Shown in pieces: positions 32,018 through 42,446 of a stretch of DNA of 64,000 nt (position 1 is its first letter; every line of letters starts with the position of its first letter). A model generated the notes under the pieces. That model worked only from the letters and a program-made list of their open reading frames with translations, did no database searches and was not told where the DNA came from. A program made the position numbers and the translations under genes. The DNA comes from Alphaproteobacteria bacterium (GTDB lineage: Bacteria > Pseudomonadota > Alphaproteobacteria > UBA828), in assembly GCA_965214705.1 (NCBI GenBank), contig CBDCCI010000001.1, positions 512,001 to 576,000 of the forward strand. Direction: 5' to 3'.

Positions 32018-32511
32018 GAGCGCGACGATAGCCGACGGTCGAGAGAGTTACCAGTAGGCACCCCCGCGCTACACCGGCGCCGTCTACAAGGCCTCGGGCT
32101 GGATCCATGTCGGGATCACCCAGGGGCGCGGGCGCTACGACACACATATGGAGCGGGCCAAGCCCAGGAAGGACATCTGGCTCAGGCCCCTCAGACGTGA
32201 CTGGAGACGAACGCTCAATCGTTGAATCCATCGCACCCATCACCAGACAACCGAAGGCTTACGCATCGTGCACCCCTCGCCTCGCGGCGCGTCTGTGTCG
32301 TCGTAACAACCGTAATCACTTCGTAAGCCACCGACATCAAACTCCGGCGTATTAGAGCGTAGGTTTGTCATGACGTCAAGGGGCATCCGTGTCACGTCAA
32401 CCTCTTGTTATCATGTGTATATACGCACTCCTGCGTATTACAGCGTACCCCAGCGTAGGCCTGTCGTTGATTTGACAAATGCGAGATATTAAAAAGGAGA
32501 GCCTTGAGGTC

Positions 32512-34146
32512 ATGAAAAAGTCGAAACTGACTCGCAGTTTGCTGGCGGCGTGCTCGATCGTCGCCCTCACGGCCGTCATGTACGGCTGCTCGAGCTCCGG
32601 GGAGGACCGGGCCAAAGCGGATCGGGACGAACTGCAAGCGCAGATCGATGCCCTGCAAGAAGCATTCGGGGACGAGGACATAACGCCGGAAGCCATCATG
32701 GCGCTCATTGCCGAGAGGGATGATGCCACGGCCGATGTGACCCGCCTCACTGACGAGTTGGCCATGGCCAAAGCCGAAGTCACCCGCCTCACTGGCGAGT
32801 TGGCCAAGACCACGGGCGAGAGGGACGGCCTCCAGACCATGTTGGACGTGGCCAAAGGCGAAGTCACCCGCCTCGAAGGTGAGTTGGCTGCCGCGAACGA
32901 CCGTGCCGACACCGCGGAGGAAGAGCTCGCCAAGATCGAGAAGGAGGCGGAAGACCTTATGGCAGCCGCGGCACTCGCGGATCGGATTGCCAGAGGTGGG
33001 GCGATTGAGACGGCGATCTCAACCAACAGGCTTGGGGATTATGCGACTTCCACTGCCAGGACCATCGACGCGCTCCCCGATAGCAGCGGTGTTGACGGAT
33101 TGTCGGTGGAGCGCGACGTGGCCGGCACGATAACGGTCGACGTGAACGGAGATGACGACGACGACTACGATGGCGGCGAGACCACGGCCGGTGACGACGA
33201 CTGGAACAGTGTCAGGATGACGAGGGAAGACGCTGGCGATGAGTCCACTCACACCCTAGTAATCTATACGGACATCGAGGAGCCAGCGGACAAGCCGTTC
33301 ACGGATCTATATGACCGGGCTGCTCGCGATGACATCCTCAATGATGCGGATCGGGTCAAGCTGGCTCAGGCCGCGGACTTCCCCTCGGGGGCAAGCCAGT
33401 CGGTGACGTACGGCGGCGACACCGGCAACCCGGAGTCGTTCGCCGGCACCTTCGCCGGTGTGTCTGGTACGTATGAGTGCACTAGCGGCACGACTTGCAC
33501 GGTGACCACCGACGCCGACGGCGACTTGGTTATGGCGGCGAACTGGAGGTTCACGCCCGACTCCAATTTGGCCACGATCAAGGATCCGGATGTCGCTTAC
33601 GCGTACTTCGGCTGGTGGATGAACGAGCCGAAGGAGAGCGACGATCCGCACACTGTCGAGGTCTTCGCGGCCGGCACGGACGCCCATGTGGCTGCTGTCG
33701 CCGACACCATTGAGGGCACCGCGACCTATTCGGGTCCGGCGGCCGGCATCTATCAGACGCAGACTTTCACCGCCGGTGCGCAGACGGAGGCCGCTGTTGG
33801 TGATTTCACGGCGACTGCCAGTCTCGTGGCGAAGTTCGGCGATGAAGCCGCGACCGGAACCATCGACGGGACGATCACGGACTTCACGCTGGGCGATGGA
33901 ACATCCGCTGCTTGGAAGGTGATGTTGGAAGATACCGGCATAAACGGGGACGGCACCTTCAGCGGTACGAGTGAAGTTGACTTCGGCGGCGGCCCCACCG
34001 AGTCGGATGTCGGGTCGTGGGGAGGCTCGTTCTACGATGCTGGCGCGGACCCCGCCGAGGATCAGCCAGGCACGGTCGCGGGCATGTTCGATGCGGTAAC
34101 GGACACTGCCAGCCTGATCGGCGCATTCGGTGCGACGAAGCAGTAG
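32512..34146 (+). CDS. Acidic surface lipoprotein with coiled-coil stalk and TbpB-like C-terminal beta-barrel (Slam substrate)
   Basis: Signal/lipobox ...TAVMYGC, VTRL heptad repeats, GTATYSGPAAG, W.GSFY, C-terminus IGAFGATKQ; adjacent to Slam. Confidence 0.8.
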   Translation: MKKSKLTRSLLAACSIVALTAVMYGCSSSGEDRAKADRDELQAQIDALQEAFGDEDITPEAIMALIAERDDATADVTRLTDELAMAKAEVTRLTGELAKTTGERDGLQTMLDVAKGEVTRLEGELAAANDRADTAEEELAKIEKEAEDLMAAAALADRIARGGAIETAISTNRLGDYATSTARTIDALPDSSGVDGLSVERDVAGTITVDVNGDDDDDYDGGETTAGDDDWNSVRMTREDAGDESTHTLVIYTDIEEPADKPFTDLYDRAARDDILNDADRVKLAQAADFPSGASQSVTYGGDTGNPESFAGTFAGVSGTYECTSGTTCTVTTDADGDLVMAANWRFTPDSNLATIKDPDVAYAYFGWWMNEPKESDDPHTVEVFAAGTDAHVAAVADTIEGTATYSGPAAGIYQTQTFTAGAQTEAAVGDFTATASLVAKFGDEAATGTIDGTITDFTLGDGTSAAWKVMLEDTGINGDGTFSGTSEVDFGGGPTESDVGSWGGSFYDAGADPAEDQPGTVAGMFDAVTDTASLIGAFGATKQ

Positions 34147-34157
34147 CCGGATTGGCG

Positions 34158-34243
34158 GGATCGGGGTCGCCTCGTAAGACCCCGATCCTTTAGGTCCGGA
34201 CTTCCGGAAGAGGGTGGCGGGATGTGCCACCCTCTTCTTCTTT
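34158..34243 (+). terminator. Two tandem stem-loops after the lipoprotein gene
   Basis: GGATCGGGGTC/GACCCCGATCC+TTT and GAAGAGGGTGGC/GCCACCCTCTTC+TTCTTT. Confidence 0.7.
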
Positions 34244-34691
34244 CTCATTCTCTCTCTGTTGAGTTCCGTCCGAGGCCTGCTGCGATGATGTTTGCCCCGC
34301 TTTGCCGTGCCCTCGCGTTTGCCGCTTGCCTGTTGCTCGCCCTCCCGGCCTGGGGCGCCACGGAGCAGGCGGCAGGTGAGTTCTCTGCACAGTCCGCCCC
34401 CGCGCTGCCGGGCTTGGCGTCGGCGCAAGCGCTGGTCGATGAAGGCCGCTTCGGGGAGGCGTTGACCATCCTGAATGCGCTGGCACAGGACTATCCCGAC
34501 CATCCCCGGCGCACCGATGTCCTCTTCCTGCTGGGCCTGGCGGCGACCCAGGCATCGCTGAACCCCGATCTCCCGGAGGGGCGGCGGGAGCTTCTGCTGA
34601 GCCTCGCCATCGCGTCCTTCCGCGTCATCCTGATCGATCGGCCCGCGCTCGTGCGGGTGCGTCTGGAGCTGGCCCGCGCCTTCTTCCTCAA

Positions 34692-36851
34692 CCCAAGTTG
34701 GCACTTTTCCGCTGCCTGTGTTCCCTATTGGTTTGATTCAACGCGATATTTTTCTCGGTCGATTCCAACATGGCCCCACATTTTGTGAGATTCTGTCAGC
34801 TCATCAGACGGGTCCTCGTGCGGTGGATGGCGGGGTCCACGCCCGCCGCCGAGGAGATTGCGGCAACCTCGGCGGCCGGGCGCGTGTCCTGGCGGTTGAC
34901 GATCAAGGTGCCGTCGGTCTGGCGCAGGCGCGTGGTGATCCGCACCCAGGTCCGCATGCTCTCGCGGATCGACGCCCAGCACTTGTGGATGCCGCGCGCG
35001 GCCAGCCGGGTACGGATCAGATGCACGGCGTGGTAGGCCAGCACGGCGATCAGCAGGTGGGCCGCGATGCGCCGGTCGAGCTGGTGCCAGATCGGGCGAA
35101 GGCCGAGCTCGGATTTCAGGCTCCGGAATGTCGCCTCGATATCCGTGATCCGCCAGTACGTCCGCAGGACCGTCTCGATGTCCCAGTCGACGTGGCTGGT
35201 GCGCAGCACATAGGCACCGGCGCCCTCATCGGCCTCGTCGTATCGCGGCCTGCGCTTGAAGCGCACGGCGGTGGCATTGGGGCCGGTTTTCGCCCTCTCG
35301 ACCGTGATCTCGTAGTGCCTGGCGACGGCGGAGAAGCGCTGCTTGAGGCGGCCTATGCTCTCCAGCACCTTGTCGTAGCGCTTGAGGCGGCCCTTGACCG
35401 CAAGGCCGCCGTGGAGCCTTTCCAGCGCCGCCTCGAAGCGGTTCCGCCTCAGGCCGATGATCGCGTTCTCGGCCTTCTTCTTGCCCTCGCTGACGACGTA
35501 GAGCCGCGCCTCGCCGTCCTCGCTGGCAAGCCGCCAGGCCCGCACCTCGTGGCGCGCGCTGGTGATCAGCAGGGCCTCGGGTCCGCCCTCGGGCGGCGCA
35601 GGCCTGGCACCGCGGCTGACCGCGATCCAGTCGTAGCCCTGCTCGCCCAGCCACGCGATGTTTTTCTCGGTGGCGATGCCCGCGTCCATGACCACCGTGG
35701 GCTTCGGCGCCGTGCCGCCGCACACCGCCTCGAGCCGCGCCAGCGCCTCGTGCAGCGTGCCCGGCTCGCTCACGTTGCCCGGCAGGATCTCGCAACTGCG
35801 CGGGAAGCCCGCGCCGTCGAGCGCCAGCGCCAGCGTGATGAGGGGACAGTCGTCGCGCTTCTGCTTGGAGCGCCCGAACCTGGGAAGCTCGCCGCCCGTG
35901 TGGCCGTGGTAGTGGACGTTGGTGAGATCGTAGAAGGCGATCGTCTCGGGCAGGTCGAGCAGTGCGCGCTCACGGTTGAACAGCTCCCGCTGGATGGCGG
36001 CGCGGTGGCGCCAGAGCAGGTCGCCGATGCGGTAGAGCGTCTTGCGCCGCAGCGCCTTGCGGTCGCCCTCCAGGCCCAGGAGCTCGGCGGCCGCGCTGTC
36101 GTGGCGGAGCCAGCGGCTGGTATCACGCTCGCTGGCGGGATGGACCATCCTGGCGACGATCAGCGCGCTGGCGATGCGCCCGTCGCGGCCCTTGATGTCG
36201 AGGCCGTGGAGGATTTCGGCGAAGCCGAGGGCGTCGAGGGCCTTGAGGCACAGGCGCTCGCAGCCGACCGTGCGCGGGTTCTCGTGCTCCAGGGTATCGA
36301 GGTCGACGGTGGCGATCTCGGGCTTGCGCGCCTCTTCCTGCATCGCCTCGACGCGGAACCCCCTGGCCCTGAGCTTGGCGACGATGTCCTCGGCTGCGGC
36401 CCGCACATCCGCCTCGCCCTCGAACAGCGGCGGCTTGCCGTGAAGCAGCGCCTCGGCGAGTTCGGTGACGGCCTTCCACTTCTCGCGCGGCACCGGATAG
36501 TCGGTGCCGAGATTGAGCAGCGTCCTGTGGCGCACCTTGTCGCCGACGCGCTGGGCGAGCACGAGGCGATGGCTTCGGACCGGCTGGCCGGCCTTGTCGG
36601 TGTGTGTCCTGGTTGCCTTGATGTACATGGCGGCGCCGTTTCTGCGATGCCTGTTTCGCATACACGGCGTTCGCGGCATCTGGCAAGAGGGATATCGACT
36701 CAACTCCAAAGTCCTGGCCCCACAATTGGCTTCCAGGACCACGAATGGCAAATGTGGGTCTCAGGTGTCCTCCAACCCCAACATCTAGTGGTTCAGCGCC
36801 GCAAAACTAGCTCGAACAGGCTCGGCTGGTCGGAAAAAGTGCCAACTTGGG
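34692..36851 (-). mobile_element. IS1634-family element, 4-bp TSD TCAA
   Basis: TIR CCCAAGTTGGCACTTTT at both ends; TCAA at 34688-34691 and 36852-36855. Confidence 0.93.
34796..36628 (-). CDS. IS1634-family transposase
   Basis: FYDLTN, FGRSKQKRDDCPL, PGNVSE, VVMDAGIA, IEATFRSLKSELGLRPIWHQ. Confidence 0.93.
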   Translation of the reverse strand: MYIKATRTHTDKAGQPVRSHRLVLAQRVGDKVRHRTLLNLGTDYPVPREKWKAVTELAEALLHGKPPLFEGEADVRAAAEDIVAKLRARGFRVEAMQEEARKPEIATVDLDTLEHENPRTVGCERLCLKALDALGFAEILHGLDIKGRDGRIASALIVARMVHPASERDTSRWLRHDSAAAELLGLEGDRKALRRKTLYRIGDLLWRHRAAIQRELFNRERALLDLPETIAFYDLTNVHYHGHTGGELPRFGRSKQKRDDCPLITLALALDGAGFPRSCEILPGNVSEPGTLHEALARLEAVCGGTAPKPTVVMDAGIATEKNIAWLGEQGYDWIAVSRGARPAPPEGGPEALLITSARHEVRAWRLASEDGEARLYVVSEGKKKAENAIIGLRRNRFEAALERLHGGLAVKGRLKRYDKVLESIGRLKQRFSAVARHYEITVERAKTGPNATAVRFKRRPRYDEADEGAGAYVLRTSHVDWDIETVLRTYWRITDIEATFRSLKSELGLRPIWHQLDRRIAAHLLIAVLAYHAVHLIRTRLAARGIHKCWASIRESMRTWVRITTRLRQTDGTLIVNRQDTRPAAEVAAISSAAGVDPAIHRTRTRLMS

Positions 36852-37905
36852 TCAAGGGCGAGGACAGCCTGTCGCAGCGCCACTTCGAGCGGGTGCTGGC
36901 CGGCGACCCGCCTGAGGCGGTGGTCGCCAACGTCCGACATTTCCTGAACCGGATCAGGGCACGGCGGCGCTGGAGCTTCAGCCTTGGCGCCGCCATCGCG
37001 CCCGACACCAATATCGGCGGCAGCTCGGAGGAGCGCACCATCTATATCTTCGGTTTGCCGTTCGAGCGCGACATCGAGGAGCTGACCACGTCGGGCATAG
37101 GTCTCTCGGTGTGGGGCGGCGCCGAGCACCAGTATCCGCTGAGCGAGCGGGTGCGGCTGCGCAGCGGCGCCAATCTCTCGCGGCGGGAGCACGAGGGATC
37201 GCGGTTCGACGAGGTTTTCGCGTCGGTCCATCTCGGGCCTCGCCTGCTGCTGGGCGAGCGCACGGAGGCGAGCGTGCTGGCCACCGCGAGCCAGCGCTGG
37301 GCCGGCACGGTGAAGGATCGACACGCCCTCGGCGGGCGCGTCGAGGTGGGGCACCGGGTCAACCGTGCGGTGACGGTGAACGGGCGGGTCGCCTGGGAGG
37401 ACCGGCACCATCGAACGGGGACGAGCCGGGACGGGCCGGCTCTGGATGTGTCGCTGGGCGGCGCCTGGGTGATCGCGCCCACGGTTCGGGCGGATGTGTC
37501 TGCGGGGTATGGGCGTGAGCGCCCGGAGGTGATGCGCGATCGCCATGAGAGGTATCGCGTTGGCGCGGGCGTTTCGGTGCTCCTGCCGCTGGGCTTCACG
37601 GTGAGCGGCGGCGGGGACTATCGCTGGACGGACTTCGAGGCGGGGTGGCACCCGTACGTGCCGGACAACGGGGCGCGCGAGGACCGGACGTGGAGCGCGC
37701 GGGCGTCGGTGTACAACCGTGGGATCACCCTCTACGGCTTCAGCCCGGCGGTGGGGGTGGTTCACGAGGTCCGCAAGACCAACGCACAGCTCTACGACTA
37801 CGAGCGCACGCGGGGCGAGCTTCGCTTCGTGCGCCAGTTCTAGTCACCGGGCGGCCCGAAGCGGCGGCGTTGGCGGGGCGGCGGCGCCATGAGCACACTG
37901 CATCG

Positions 37906-39012
37906 ATGGGCCTGACGGGTCTCGGGGCACGCCTTGGGTTGTCGGGCGGTTCCCCTGCGAGGCGGACACGAGGCCGGACCGGCCGGTGTCTCGGCTTGGC
38001 GTGCGCGCTGCTCCTCTGCGTATGCCTGCCGGGCGCGGCCGCCTCCGAAGAGGTGGGCTTTCGCAGCATGGCGACGCCGCTGCGCATGGTGAACCTGAAC
38101 CCGTTTCACCTCGCGTACGGTGTGCCGGGGTCCCTCGGCGCCCGCGTGATGCCGGCGGGCTCGTCGGAGCTGATCGCATCGCTGGACATGGCGTCGCATC
38201 TGCGCGCGGCCAGTTCCGGAGCGGAGCGGGTGCTGATGGACGGGGAGACCTACCGGCGGGCGCTCACGCTGCGGCATGGTCTGGGAGACGGCTGGGAGTA
38301 TCTGCTCGACGTCCCCGTCGTTGCGCACAGCGGCGGCGTTTTCGACGGCTTCATCGAGAGCTGGCATGACGCCTTCGGCCTGCCCCAGGGCGCGCGGGAC
38401 CGTGCGCCGCGCGATCGGCTGGCGCTCTTCTACGCCGATGACGAGGGACCCCGTGTGGACATCGATCGCAGTGTCTTCTCCCTCGGGGATGTGAGCCTCG
38501 GGGTCGGCTACGCCTTGTCGCCCGCGCCGCTGTCGAATGACGGCATGGCGGTCCGGGCGGTTGTGAAGCTTCCGAGCGGCGACGAGGACGCATTGGCCGG
38601 TTCGGGAGGCTTTTCGGCCTCGGTCTGGGCCGAGACCTCGGGAGCATTGTCGGGCTCGGCCGGCTCCCGCGCCTGGCTATATGCCGCGACGCTGGGGGCT
38701 CTCGTGGGCGAGGCCCCGGAGAACCTTTCGGACCTCGGCGGCCGCTTCATCGCCTTCGGGCGCTTCGGCGTGACCTGGCGGGCGCTCAGGGATCTGCGGC
38801 TGACGGTGCAGGTCGACGCCCATTCGTCGCCCTACGGCGCCTCCGCCCTGTCTCCGCTCTCGGACGCGGCCGTCATGGTGGGGCTGGGAGGGACGCTGAG
38901 ACTCAGCGAGCGCGTGGAGCTCGACATCGCCGTCACGGAGGACGACGGCACTTGGCACGCCGCACCCGACATTGGCCTGCACGTCGCCATGCGGTGGCGG
39001 CTGCATGATTGA
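37906..39012 (+). CDS. DUF3187-like outer-membrane protein
   Basis: Signal peptide; NLNPF, MDGETYR, HSGGVFDGFIESWHDAFGLPQG, TEDD...AAPD. Start uncertain. Confidence 0.7.
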   Translation: MGLTGLGARLGLSGGSPARRTRGRTGRCLGLACALLLCVCLPGAAASEEVGFRSMATPLRMVNLNPFHLAYGVPGSLGARVMPAGSSELIASLDMASHLRAASSGAERVLMDGETYRRALTLRHGLGDGWEYLLDVPVVAHSGGVFDGFIESWHDAFGLPQGARDRAPRDRLALFYADDEGPRVDIDRSVFSLGDVSLGVGYALSPAPLSNDGMAVRAVVKLPSGDEDALAGSGGFSASVWAETSGALSGSAGSRAWLYAATLGALVGEAPENLSDLGGRFIAFGRFGVTWRALRDLRLTVQVDAHSSPYGASALSPLSDAAVMVGLGGTLRLSERVELDIAVTEDDGTWHAAPDIGLHVAMRWRLHD

Positions 39013-39272
39013 ACCGGGAGGACCGTCATCGCGAGAGCGCACGCGCCATGCATGTTGCCCTCGCCCGGCTGCCCTTGCCCGCAGCACTCAGGCCGAACCC
39101 GCCGCGTTCACGCGGTCGGTTGCTGAATGTGGCCCCGATACCATCAAGGTGTGCTCGCTCCCGAGTGCGGCCCGTCGTTCCAGGCGCAGCCCCGCTTGGC
39201 GTCCTCCATATGCGTCTTCTTGTCGGATGGGGCGCCGCCTCTTTCACCATAGCAGCGGGAAGGAAATCCAGC

Positions 39273-39857
39273 ATGACCAGATGGATCTCTGCGCTTGCGG
39301 CGCTGTTGTGCGGCCTCGGTCTTGTCCCGGTCGCTCACGCAGAGGACCGCCACGCCGACCGCATCCATGTCGGGATCGGCTATCGGCACGTCTTCATCGA
39401 CGGCGAGACAATGACTGCCGATGGCGACACTGTGACCATACCGGACTTCGAGCACAGGGTGATCGTTCTGCGGGCCGGCTACGATCTCCGGCCCTTCTTC
39501 GCGATTGAGGCCGAGGTCATGACGAGTGTCGCGGAGACGGAGTTGGCAGCCGGCACGCCGGCCGGCGACATCCCGTTCAGCACGCGCATCCTTCATGGTC
39601 TCGGCGTCTTCGGGAAGGTCCGGCATGAGATAGCGGAAGGCGTTTCAATGCACGCGCGGGTTGGTGGGGCGGTCATGAAGACGGAAGCGTCGGCCTTCGG
39701 GGTCTCGACGTCAGACACAGGCGAGGGCCTGGCCTACGGGGCAGGCGGTGAGGTCCGTCTGAGCGAGTGGGCGAGCCTGCGGGTGGACTGGACTCAATAC
39801 CGCGAGGACGGCGAGACGGCCGATGCAGTGTCGCTCGCCGCCGTCACCCGCTTCTGA
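39273..39857 (+). CDS. Small outer-membrane beta-barrel protein
   Basis: Signal peptide AHA|E, RAGYDL..FFAIEAE, GLAYGAG, LRVDWTQY, terminal F. Confidence 0.8.
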   Translation: MTRWISALAALLCGLGLVPVAHAEDRHADRIHVGIGYRHVFIDGETMTADGDTVTIPDFEHRVIVLRAGYDLRPFFAIEAEVMTSVAETELAAGTPAGDIPFSTRILHGLGVFGKVRHEIAEGVSMHARVGGAVMKTEASAFGVSTSDTGEGLAYGAGGEVRLSEWASLRVDWTQYREDGETADAVSLAAVTRF

Positions 39858-41970
39858 CGACCGATCCACCCTGCCCCTGTCAACGGGCCGTGGCACATTC
39901 GCGCGAAATACGCGAGGCTGACCGGACAAGACCAGCGTATGTCAATGTATTTCTCTCTGAGAGCTATGAATGAATTTCAGTGCGATAGTGGCGTATTTCA
40001 ATGAGATTCTCTCGTTCCAACGCTCCTGTCATGACGCTTGTCATACCAGGGCGTACTGGAGCGTAGCTGTGACGGCGCATGTCATCGATATGTCGGTCCT
40101 GCATCATCGATGCGTGGGGTGTGAGAGCAATAAACGCCTCAAGGCGTAGGACAGGGACTACAGGATGCGAGAAAAGCCTTCAGGGCCAGCCTCTTAGGTG
40201 GCACTATAAGGACACCATAGCCATAATTCGGGAGCTATTGGGCTGCACCATAGGAGAGGACATAGTTCTGATACAGGATCGCGGAATCTCTCGTTGATGC
40301 AATGGCTTGCTCTCGCGAGCCTCAAAGAATGTCGCGCGGAATGCCGCGCAACCCGAACGTCATTCGTCCGAAACCGGCTGCAACTTCGCCACAGGTGAGC
40401 TGAGCCGCATCTCGGTGCCGAAGAGGCCGGCGACGATGGCGACTGCGGGAGGCACTGCAGGGAGAGATCGCCGTGTGTCGAGATTGTGTCCCGAGCGGAG
40501 TGGGCCGGATTGCGAGCACGAGGCGGGTCTCGGTGTCCGGGCATCGGCGCAGTTGACCGATCGCATTGCGGGCCGGCACTGACGAGGGGTTGGAACACAC
40601 TGTGGACACATGGCGGCACGGAAATGCCGGGACGATCGTCGGCGTTGCCGACGGCAGGCGCGTGGCACGCGATCATGGTCGGCGCAGTTGATGGATCGCT
40701 TCTGTCGATGGTCGTGCTGAGAGGAGCGACGGATGAACATCGAAACCTCGGCATCGACGATCAGGATGGTGACGCGCCGGTCGTCGGCACCGACGACGGC
40801 GCTGTCGACGGCACGGGCACGAGAACCGGACAGAGGCGGTCGCACTCGTGCTCGCGCTGGTGCGGCGCCTGGTGATGGCCATGCTGCAGGTGCGGGATTT
40901 CCGGACGACGCTCATCGCCGGCACGGGTTGCGCGCGGAGTGCTCACGGGTGGAACCGCGGCTGCGCGGGGTAGAAGACGGCTCGCGTTCGTCGAGTGACG
41001 CCGAGCGTGCACGCGGGACGTGCATCCGCAAGCCGAAGATGAACTGCGGCACGATGCCGGCGGCCGCACTCGTCGGCGCATCGTCCGGGTCTCCATCGCC
41101 ATGGTCACCGTCATCGCTGCATGCGAAGGCGCGTGCAGCGATGGGGGCGCCGGAGTTGGGAACGACAATGGCGGCGGGCGGCTCGACCGCGGGGCTGGCC
41201 TCGCGGCCAGGCGGGCGCGTGCCTGCGGCAACCGGGCGAGATTGCAGACGCTCGCGATCATGATCGGCGCAGCGAGGCGCTCGCCATGATCGTCACGAGT
41301 GCCGGGCTTAGTGGCGTCGGGCCGTTCAGGCGCGACGGCACCGATGTCCGTCGAGCCGCGGAGGCGCTCGTCACCATCGGCGACAGCGTTGACGCCGAGG
41401 GTCCGCGCGTGACTTGCAGTCCGTAATCCGAAGGTGAACTGCGGCACGATATCGGCGGCCGCACTCGCTGGTGCACCGTGGCCATGTTCATCGCCCTGAT
41501 CGTCGTCACCGGCACGGGCGGGAGCACGCGCAGTCCATGCGCGTGCCGCTGCAAGGGCCGGCGACGGCGTGCGCTGCTTGACTGCGGGCAAACCGTCGCG
41601 GACTGAACCGCGGTCTGTCTCTCTGCTGCGAGGGGATCGTCCGGCGACGGCGCGCGAGCGCCGAGCCGGACGCGGCGACGCAGGACGGACAAGCCGGAGA
41701 GCAGGACACGCGCATCGAGCCCGGCGATGGCGCGTAGCGCCGAGCCTGATGCACGGCGGCGGAGGCAGGCGGGGAAGCACGGCCGATGCAGCGAGCGCGG
41801 ACGGCGCCAGCGCGAAGCGCGGCGACGCCGGCGTTCGAGCGCGCACTCGGGTTGGCGGTGCACGATCCGGCGGGCGGGCGCACAGGCCGACGCTCGTGAC
41901 GCCCGTCGTGAAACACGACGAAGCGGCCGATGCCTTGAGGCTTCGGCCGCTTCGTCGAGGCGCGCGCTGC

Positions 41971-42446
41971 TTACGCGGCTTTGATCTGCATCACCGGTAT
42001 GCCCAGCGTGCGGGCTTTGTCGACGAGGTTGCCGGTGATGCCGCTGCCGGGGAAGGCGATGACGCCCTTGGGCAGGAAGTTCAGCAGCTCGTCGTTGCGG
42101 CGGAAGGGCGCGGCCTTGCCGTGCGCGTTCCAATCGGGGCGGCAGATGACCTGGTTGACGCCTCTGGCCTCGGCCCAGCTTGCCGCGATCTTCTCGACGC
42201 CGGGACCGCCACCGTGGAGCAGCACCATGTCGCCGTACTTCGCGCGCGCCATGTCGAGCGTGCTCCAGACGGCGTCGGCATCGCTGACGGTCTTGCCGCC
42301 GGTGATCGCGACCAGGGTGCCCTCGGGCAGGTGCGCGCGGGTCTCGCGATCCTTGCGTGCGCGGCGGAAGTCGCGCGCGTCGATGGCGGCGGAGGTGAGC
42401 TGTCCGGTCTGGCTCGTGTGCGAGCCGTGGCGCGGGCGCCAGGTGT
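41971..42446 (-). pseudogene. 3' half of a DUF2493 (SLOG) gene
   Basis: TWRPRHGS...TSAAIDARDF, VAITGG, DMVLLHGG..GVEKIAASWA, AAPFRRND, FPGSGITGNLVDKA. Confidence 0.85.

Larger units (their letters stand above)
28694..32262 (-). mobile_element. Second, divergent IS66-like TnpC + DUF4338 element with 201-bp perfect TIRs
   Basis: 28694-28894 is the reverse complement of 32062-32262; GTAAG...CTTAC ends; TSD GCATCGAG/GCATCGTG (7/8). Confidence 0.92.
34285..37843 (+). pseudogene. Slam-like outer-membrane translocon (TPR + DUF560 barrel) interrupted by IS1634
   Basis: Removing the IS restores VRVRLELARAFFLKGEDSLSQRHFERVLA; APDTNI motif; C-terminus LRFVRQF. Confidence 0.85.

Noticed and set aside
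28731-32243. 1,170-aa ORF spanning the second long-TIR element
   Set aside because: It is an alternative-frame read-through in high-GC DNA. Only the last 293 codons are DUF4338, and the sister element has no equivalent.
34718-37843. 1,041-aa ORF
   Set aside because: Antisense of the IS1634 transposase joined to the Slam 3' half.
40021-40050. Pho box (CTGTCAT...TTGTCAT)
   Set aside because: The half-sites are 12 bp apart rather than 11, and no credible target gene lies downstream.
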